Shown here one piece after another: positions 59,501 to 64,000 of a stretch of DNA of 64,000 nt. The notes beneath the pieces are model-generated. The model was not told where the DNA came from and did no database searches. It was given only the letters and a program-made list of their open reading frames with translations. Positions within the stretch are counted from its first letter, which is position 1. Each line of letters begins with the position of its first letter. Both the position numbers and the translations under genes were made by a program. This stretch comes from an uncultured Pirellulales bacterium. GTDB lineage: Bacteria > Planctomycetota > Phycisphaerae > Sedimentisphaerales > Anaerobacaceae. Where the stretch lies: NCBI GenBank assembly GCA_964612465.1, contig CAZTDF010000001.1, positions 2,660 to 66,659 of the forward strand, given 5' to 3'.

Positions 59501-59963
59501 AGTTCATGTAGCGGGGAGTTCTAAAAAATTGGTTATCCCATCCACAGGCAGAACTCTTAAATCTAATATTGCGCCGTTACTCGACGATGCTCGTTATTTC
59601 TTAATGTTCGGATTAGGAACATATGAAGCGGTACCCAATCCATATTACAGGGACAAAAGGGCAAGTGGAGATGAAATCGGTCAGTTCATAGTGGCTGAAG
59701 GCGGTTCGATTGTTATTTGCAATAACGTAAGTGCCACAGCACTCAAAGCACTCAAGGACCTGAAAGTCAAGGTATACACCGGCTTTGTGGGCACAGTTCA
59801 GCAGGCTCTTGACATATACAATGATGGCAGGATCAAGGATTCATCGACAGGGAGTGTTCTTGATGATGAAGAAGAACATGGCGGCGGTGGGCCGCCTTCA
59901 TCAAAAACCAAGTCTTCTAAAGAAAAAGACAAAGACAAAGATAATGACACGGAGGTATTTTAG
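56598..59963 (+). CDS. 1121-aa membrane-anchored multidomain protein: TM - PDZ - PDZ - NifX/NifB-type (Nitro_FeMo-Co) domain - four Cys/His knuckle modules interleaved with GGKPDDVPP repeats - second NifX-type domain - acidic/basic tail
   Basis: TM helix WAIVVGLLALATFGFLFMTLL. PDZ: GVLVNNVTSGSPADQVGLQRGDVIISLD and GVLVVAVVRGSLADSQGIKVGDVIVSIN. NifX-like 1: FASAPYFILYDFNTNQPTVITNPY...GAGIPLAQMLIEQKIDAVIVGGIGPQVFDIFYLAKVKIYGPVTGSVRTAITNY. NifX-like 2: LDDARYFLMFGLGTYEAVPNPYY...GDEIGQFIVAEGGSIVICNNVSATALKALKDLKVKVYTGFVGTVQQALDIY. Confidence 0.8.
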   Translation: MIWAKNKDKKKKLKTITDDMTPREKEQVLEYKKRVIRRWAIVVGLLALATFGFLFMTLLDHVIKGTPDGGLEINYNKLDAKLAWLGAEIRDLDATISSALGLTSSEGVLVNNVTSGSPADQVGLQRGDVIISLDGSKVVDTLQIQDRLRKLKPGDTVKLVLDKVNGGKKNVYVTLGVKPDDDAATTDTKIKKVAGTTDTAVNPVLSTHWGISVSPLTDDARVAFKIPEKVQGVLVVAVVRGSLADSQGIKVGDVIVSINQVSTPNLQVFYQALKDVESVLMDVYSSSDDKRFFVTFPDEGDSPPQVVMMSFDEKVAETHRIIIPSDMAGLNGQVYSRFASAPYFILYDFNTNQPTVITNPYALQVRGAGIPLAQMLIEQKIDAVIVGGIGPQVFDIFYLAKVKIYGPVTGSVRTAITNYQLGKLPELKEANLAGYGNSSTATIPTGGSPRTETDDTADDEESDGLSGQPSVIPPKGKPLELTAQGDARASRPETCVCPRCGTEVTHPASTACADMVCPICGSQLMTASPGTDSITGTDMTTQLPATQIPTQLRPISLAAGSTVAPTSPPSRIAAIPTAANLWAISNQPSTTPPTTTPVQQTAGSSTTVCICPLDGTTVTHPVGIPCSALQCPVCGGRMVSASSAIIDGSQISKTAGVVVGGKPDDVPPVQQVFYILPVGGKPDDIPPSMGGSAQTVSLVTIGGKPDDVPPVQQTFYLLPVAGGPPEGMGSAPTDTGSAPADVGGSSQSARSTTCICPVDGTTVTHPIGVPCSQLSCPICGSRMVNAAPGGDTAGGAIQTGGKPDDVPPVQQAFYLLPVGGKPDDVPPVQQAFFLVPVSSQPDGVPPLGQSTQSVTQAQRTSLVTIAGGPPEGMGMGGAADTGTAVDGPAQGGGQSGSGAAQTGRSDLCVCPMCGVTVTHPISVPCSSLTCPVCGSRLVNQTPGGTSGNTAGSSLVPTAAITVAATSNIVHVAGSSKKLVIPSTGRTLKSNIAPLLDDARYFLMFGLGTYEAVPNPYYRDKRASGDEIGQFIVAEGGSIVICNNVSATALKALKDLKVKVYTGFVGTVQQALDIYNDGRIKDSSTGSVLDDEEEHGGGGPPSSKTKSSKEKDKDKDNDTEVF
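58575..59109 (+). repeat. In-frame tandem/interspersed coding repeats encoding GGKPDD[VI]PP[VS]QQ.F[YF][LI][LV]PV (six copies)
   Basis: The DNA unit ggcggcaaacc(c/g)ga(t/c)ga(t/c)gt(a/c/t)cc(a/g)cc(g/t)gt(t/c)cagcag recurs at about 58575, 58632, 58701, 58995, 59052 and, degenerate, at 59110. Read directly. Confidence 0.8.
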
Positions 59964-60871
59964 TGACGGAAAGTAAGCTCGAAAAACTTATAAAAACAAA
60001 GAAACACTCAAAAGCTAATGTGATTATGATCATAATAGTTGTCGGATTTATTATTCTCATAGTGTGCCAATCGGCTTTTATGGGTTTCACAATGAAGGAA
60101 CAAACCAGAACGACTACTGCCCCTCAGGATGGTTCTATCCGAAGCAGCAACATTGCACTGACGGCTTCGAATATACAGCTTGTTGCGTGCACGGATGACG
60201 ACCTTACAGATGCGGTTTCTGCAGTAAAGAGAGCAGTTGTGAATATAGACGTAGCCCCGGCTGATGTTGGTTCTGCGAATAGAAGGGGTGAGCCTGCTTT
60301 GAGTTTTGATATGCCCTCGACAGCAGCCCTGCAAACAAACGAAGAAACTCTTGGTTCAGGTGTTATCGTTGATGCACGTGGGTATATTCTTACCTGCTAC
60401 CACTTAATAAAAGATTGCCCGAACGTTAATGTGAGTGTTTTTAGTTCTGTGCGTCAGATATACAAAGCCCAGGTTGTTGATGTCGATATTACAAATGACC
60501 TTGCAATCCTGAAGATAGAATCGGACAGGCCTTTGCCGGCAGTAAAACTGGCAAACTCCGATCTGGTCAAGATAACCGATGCGATTCTTGCTATCGGTTC
60601 GCCGTTTGGTTTCGAGCACACAGTAACCGCTGGGATAGTCAGCGATAACAAGCGAAGTATCGTCATTGGTAATACTGTTTACAAAGATATGTTACAGACG
60701 GATGCGGCAATAAACCGCGGTAGTGCCGGCGGTGCTTTGATAAATGGTGCCAGCGAAATCATTGGTATTAATACCGCCATCGCGTCTCCATCGGGATATT
60801 TTTCAGGCGTCAGTTTTGCCATACCAATAAACAAGGCCAGGCCGCTGTTGCTGAAGGCAATTGATGGCTGA
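59963..60871 (+). CDS. Trypsin-like (HtrA-fold) pseudoprotease: His and Asp retained, nucleophile Ser replaced by Ala (MamO-like logic)
   Basis: TM anchor VIMIIIVVGFIILIVCQSAF. YILTCYHLI (His) and TNDLAILKI (Asp). DAAINRGSAGGALIN aligns column for column with DAAINRGNSGGPLIN of the active paralog at 50424. GTG start overlaps the upstream stop by 1 nt. Confidence 0.8.
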   Translation: MTESKLEKLIKTKKHSKANVIMIIIVVGFIILIVCQSAFMGFTMKEQTRTTTAPQDGSIRSSNIALTASNIQLVACTDDDLTDAVSAVKRAVVNIDVAPADVGSANRRGEPALSFDMPSTAALQTNEETLGSGVIVDARGYILTCYHLIKDCPNVNVSVFSSVRQIYKAQVVDVDITNDLAILKIESDRPLPAVKLANSDLVKITDAILAIGSPFGFEHTVTAGIVSDNKRSIVIGNTVYKDMLQTDAAINRGSAGGALINGASEIIGINTAIASPSGYFSGVSFAIPINKARPLLLKAIDG

Positions 60872-60882
60872 GAGACAAGTCG

Positions 60883-62070
60883 ATGAAAAAGTTTATACAA
60901 TGGATAGCAGCGAAAGCCATTAAAGATCACCAGAGCGTTAATGATCTGAAGGTCAGGTCACGTTATGGAGCACTTGAAGGCTGGACAAGTATTGTTATCA
61001 ATTTGCTGCTGTTTATTGTTAAGATAGTCCTTGGTCTTTCGATAAGAAGCGTATCTTTGATTGCTGACGCTGTTCATACATTGGCCGATTCCGGCACTTC
61101 AGCGGTAGTTATAATCGGATTTAAAATAGCACGAAAGCCGTCGGATAAAGAACACCCGTTTGGCCATGGGAGAATGGAATCAGTAGCGGCCCTGGTCGTT
61201 TCGGTGTTACTATTTATGGCGGGTTTGGAACTATTGGAAAAGTCGATTCATGCCATTATCAAACCGCAAAGCTCTACAGCTCCGACCGGTGTGATTTTAG
61301 TAATCATCGCAACTATTGTGATAAAGGAACTGATGGCGAGGTTTTCCTATCAGCTTGGCGAGATTATTGATTCGCAGGCTCTTAAGGCAGACGCCCTTCA
61401 TCATCGAAGTGATGTAATCGCTACCGCTCTGGTAGTCGTTGCACTTATCGCAACGCGATTCGGTTATAATAATATTGATGGTATAATGGGCGTTGGTGTT
61501 TCTCTGATTATTTTTTACTCAGCCTTCTTGATTGCCAAAGAAGCGGTCAATCCTTTGCTGGGCGAGGCGCCTTCAAAAGAAAAGATTAAGGAAATAGAAA
61601 AACTGGCAATGACTCACGAAGGAGTTTTGGGCGTTCACGACATAATCTTTCACAAATACGGCCAAACGAGTGTGATCTCTTTGCATATAGAGGTATCGGA
61701 TAAGGATTCTGCTTTCAAGCTTCATGAGCTTGCAGAGCAAGTGGAAGATACAATCACTCAGAAGATTCCTGGAATGGCGGTTGTCCATGTCGATCCGTTA
61801 AACAAGGACCACCCTCAGTATGAGCAAATCACCATGGCTATAAAAGATATTATCTCTGAAGACATAAGAGTAAGTGCTTTTCATGATTTAAGAATCGTCG
61901 GTTGTCGTGCGAATAGATGTAACGTGGTTTTCGACATTGTTTTGGAGCAAGACGCTGATGAGCAGGAAACTCACGACATGATCCATTCTATAGCCGAGAA
62001 GTTCAAAACGAAGTTCCCTGAAATGAAGACAGTTATTAAAGCTGAACCGAAATACGCGTATAATATTTAG
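60883..62070 (+). CDS. CDF transporter with a canonical HxxxD/HxxxD site and an extended (duplicated) C-terminal domain
   Basis: TM2 LIADAVHTLADSG. Loop KPSDKEHPFGHGRMES. TM5 LKADALHHRSDVIAT. 395 aa with two successive CTD-like segments (GVHDIIFHKYGQTSVISLHIEV and AFHDLRIVGCRANRCNVVFDIVL). Confidence 0.85.
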   Translation: MKKFIQWIAAKAIKDHQSVNDLKVRSRYGALEGWTSIVINLLLFIVKIVLGLSIRSVSLIADAVHTLADSGTSAVVIIGFKIARKPSDKEHPFGHGRMESVAALVVSVLLFMAGLELLEKSIHAIIKPQSSTAPTGVILVIIATIVIKELMARFSYQLGEIIDSQALKADALHHRSDVIATALVVVALIATRFGYNNIDGIMGVGVSLIIFYSAFLIAKEAVNPLLGEAPSKEKIKEIEKLAMTHEGVLGVHDIIFHKYGQTSVISLHIEVSDKDSAFKLHELAEQVEDTITQKIPGMAVVHVDPLNKDHPQYEQITMAIKDIISEDIRVSAFHDLRIVGCRANRCNVVFDIVLEQDADEQETHDMIHSIAEKFKTKFPEMKTVIKAEPKYAYNI

Positions 62071-62080
62071 CACTATTATC

Positions 62081-62425
62081 ATGAATCTAATAAAGAAGAA
62101 ACTGGCCGATTTCTTAAACGAGATGAGTAACAAGGGTATAGATAAGATGGATCCGAAGAGTTCTTGCGCTAAATCTTTAAAGGATTTAGATAGAGAGACG
62201 CTCCTAAAAGAGGATATCGAGCGAATTTGCGATGAGATGCGAGTCTTGGAGGCAGGAAAAATCTTGAGATTATCCAACAAACTCATGTGGTCAGGCACAG
62301 CAAATAAGGATGAATTTAGAAAAGAAATAAAATCGATGGCTTCTAAAGTATTGAAACGTGTGGAAAAGAAAGGCGGAAAACTAAATCTTCCACGACAATG
62401 TCGAGATTTGCTGATGAATTTGTAA
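62081..62425 (+). CDS. Hypothetical soluble helical protein (114 aa)
   Basis: ORF 10 nt after the CDF gene. Its 3' end overlaps the EcsC-like gene by 28 nt. No recognisable motif. Confidence 0.45.
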   Translation: MNLIKKKLADFLNEMSNKGIDKMDPKSSCAKSLKDLDRETLLKEDIERICDEMRVLEAGKILRLSNKLMWSGTANKDEFRKEIKSMASKVLKRVEKKGGKLNLPRQCRDLLMNL

Positions 62426-63279
62426 GAGGATTACCAGTGAAGCTAAGTGAATATGAGATCAAAAGCTTGCGAGAAATAAAAAAATGGGAGAAGGACAAAC
62501 ATAAGGGCTTTCATAAGAAAGTCCTCGATGTTGTTTCCAGACCAGTGGATTATGTCCTCGGTAAGATTGGGCAAAGAAAACTCAAAATTTTTGAAGATGC
62601 TGTTGAGAAAACCGTCAATAATCTGCTAACTACTTCAACCTCTACAGTTGATGCCGAAGATCTGATAAAAAGGGCTCATGCTCATGGTGTGATGATAAAA
62701 GACCTGTCGGAACTGAAAGATTGTGATTTGGGATTGTTAGACAATTGTAACCGAAAACATATAAAATTCCACGAGAAGGCGAGTGCTATACAAGGTGCGG
62801 TAGGTGGTCTTGGGGGCATAGTGGTAGCAACAGTGGATCTAACAGCACTTTTGGTCCAGGATTTTCATATGATTCAGGAAATCGCATTTTGCTATGGTTT
62901 CGATCCGAACGATATTATCGAGAAAGAGATAATACTAAGAATAATCGAAATCGGTGTTGGCGGCTCAGAGATAAAATTCAAGGCATTACAGGAAATAGAC
63001 GCCTTAAAAAAAATAAAGACCAAAGTAAGTAAGAAAAAAACAACAAAAAAAGGTGCTTCGGTTCTGGGTTCAAAAGCCTTGGAGGAATACATCGAACAAC
63101 TGACCACAGCTTTGATCGTTCGCCTGGTGCCGCGTGCCCTGCCTGTAGTATCAATGGCGGTAAGTGCTCATTCGAATCACGAAATAATAGAGCATTCGGG
63201 AAAAGCGGCTTTTATGGTTTATCGAAGGCGATTCATTGAAAGGAAAAAGAAAACAATAGAACGACGATATAAGAAATAG
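62398..63279 (+). CDS. EcsC-family protein
   Basis: 293 aa. The central GAVGGLGGIVVATVDLTALLVQDFHMIQEIAFCYGFDPND and the C-terminal LVPRALPVVSMAVSAHSNHEIIEHSGKAAFMVYRRRF are typical of EcsC-family proteins as I recall them. Confidence 0.65.
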   Translation: MSRFADEFVRGLPVKLSEYEIKSLREIKKWEKDKHKGFHKKVLDVVSRPVDYVLGKIGQRKLKIFEDAVEKTVNNLLTTSTSTVDAEDLIKRAHAHGVMIKDLSELKDCDLGLLDNCNRKHIKFHEKASAIQGAVGGLGGIVVATVDLTALLVQDFHMIQEIAFCYGFDPNDIIEKEIILRIIEIGVGGSEIKFKALQEIDALKKIKTKVSKKKTTKKGASVLGSKALEEYIEQLTTALIVRLVPRALPVVSMAVSAHSNHEIIEHSGKAAFMVYRRRFIERKKKTIERRYKK

Positions 63280-63303
63280 ACCAAATAGAAAGGGGAATTA
63301 GCA

Positions 63304-63723
63304 ATGGATGTAACTGATTATTACTGTCCGACAACCGTAACAAGTACGCTTGGTTACTCCATGGGTCGGGCCGTCGGAGCTGCGAGGATAATAACAGTCG
63401 ATGCCATCAATCCTGTTAAAGCCGGTGCCGCCGTAGCTATTTTGTGGGGAAGTATAGCTGCTCTGGTAAATGTAAAAAAATATAAGCAGGGCAAAATAAC
63501 AAAACGGGATGCTGTTGTTGATACAGGAGGCGAAGCGGTAGGCCTGGGACTGGCTGCCGGCCTTGGCTTATTGGCAAGTAATGCAGTAAGAGCTTCGGTC
63601 CTGGTTGCCTCTACCACTTCGCTTGTTCCGTTTACCGTAGGTGTCGCAGTAACATCAGGTATGAAGGTGATGTGGAATTGCAGCACAAAGAAACATCTCA
63701 AATGTCAACCAAAACCATCGTAA
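63304..63723 (+). CDS. Small 2-3 TM protein with a MamC/Mms13-like inter-helix loop
   Basis: AGAAVAILWGSIAALVNVKKYKQGKITKRDAVVDTGGEAVGLGLAAGLGLLASNAV compared with the remembered MamC [55 protein letters not shown]. Shared pattern K..IT...A..DTG.E.VG.GLA. Confidence 0.5.
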   Translation: MDVTDYYCPTTVTSTLGYSMGRAVGAARIITVDAINPVKAGAAVAILWGSIAALVNVKKYKQGKITKRDAVVDTGGEAVGLGLAAGLGLLASNAVRASVLVASTTSLVPFTVGVAVTSGMKVMWNCSTKKHLKCQPKPS

Positions 63724-64000
63724 ATACAAATGTGTGTATTGTCTACCATAGCCTAAAAAAGGTGAGTCTCTGTAAAACACCACGTTTGGTTATACGGGTT
63801 ACTTTTTAATCTCATTTGTAATATCCAGTACGGCAATAATTAGCTTTTATAAATCAGCGACAACAACATTATTGTATGTCGAAGGTGCTTTTATTTGTAA
63901 ACGCAAGATAAAATGGACAAGCATAATTCAAAATAAACAAGTGAGGTAATTACGCCGTGAAAGAGAAAATGGAAAAGAAAAAAAGTAAGTTAAGCGCTCT

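Noticed and set aside
49413-62070. Interpreting the CDF/HtrA genes as a ferrosome (fez) locus or a plain Zn/Fe efflux plus envelope-stress locus.
   Set aside because: No P1B-type ATPase (FezB-like) or other fez-like genes are visible. Co-occurrence with MamA-like TPR, LemA, MamI-like and MamC-like genes in A-Q-B order is far more specific to magnetosome-type clusters. The plain-efflux alternative remains the null hypothesis to be tested by phylogeny.
63956-64000. Possible start of a further gene (ATG at about 63969, MEKKKSKLSA...) at the right edge.
   Set aside because: Only about 10 codons are visible, which is insufficient to support a call.

Overview
The window has two compositionally different halves joined by IS elements.

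(A) nt 1-33.7 kb is GC-rich; spot counts of 60-nt lines give about 60-75% GC. It holds the 3' part of a sensor histidine kinase, then one co-directional, operon-like block of about 32 kb. The order is: MacA/HlyD-type adaptor, MacB/LolD-type ABC ATPase, 8 tandem duplicated-FtsX (ADOP-type, about 805-843 aa) permease paralogs, a second ATPase, 3 more permeases, and a TolC/NodT-type outer-membrane lipoprotein.

(B) nt 33.9-36.9 kb holds two DDE transposase genes (IS4-like on +, IS481/IS3-like on -) and a truncated EcsC-family remnant.

(C) nt 36.9-64 kb is AT-rich (spot counts about 45% GC).
- It starts with a divergent HTH/Cys8/nucleotidyltransferase/HEPN fusion gene and a 790-bp non-coding region.
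- A single-strand cluster of about 24.5 kb follows. It encodes small membrane proteins, an SSF symporter, a coiled-coil/HEAT protein, a FixABCX/EtfABCX flavoprotein module interrupted by a paralogous HTH/Cys8 regulator, and a Zn-peptidase.
- The rest of the cluster reads as a magnetosome-gene-cluster-like set. It has split HtrA modules (PDZ-PDZ proteins plus trypsin-like proteins, one with the nucleophile Ser replaced), four CDF transporters (two tandem MamB-like, one with a degenerate metal site, one canonical), MamI-, MamL-, MamA-, MamQ- and MamC-like proteins, a rhodanese, and a 1121-aa PDZ-PDZ-NifX-[Cys/His knuckle]x4-NifX protein.
- No CXXCH magnetochrome motif and no actin-like gene are visible in the window.

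No rRNA, tRNA or CRISPR array was seen. All homology statements rest on motif reading and on remembered reference sequences, not on searches.
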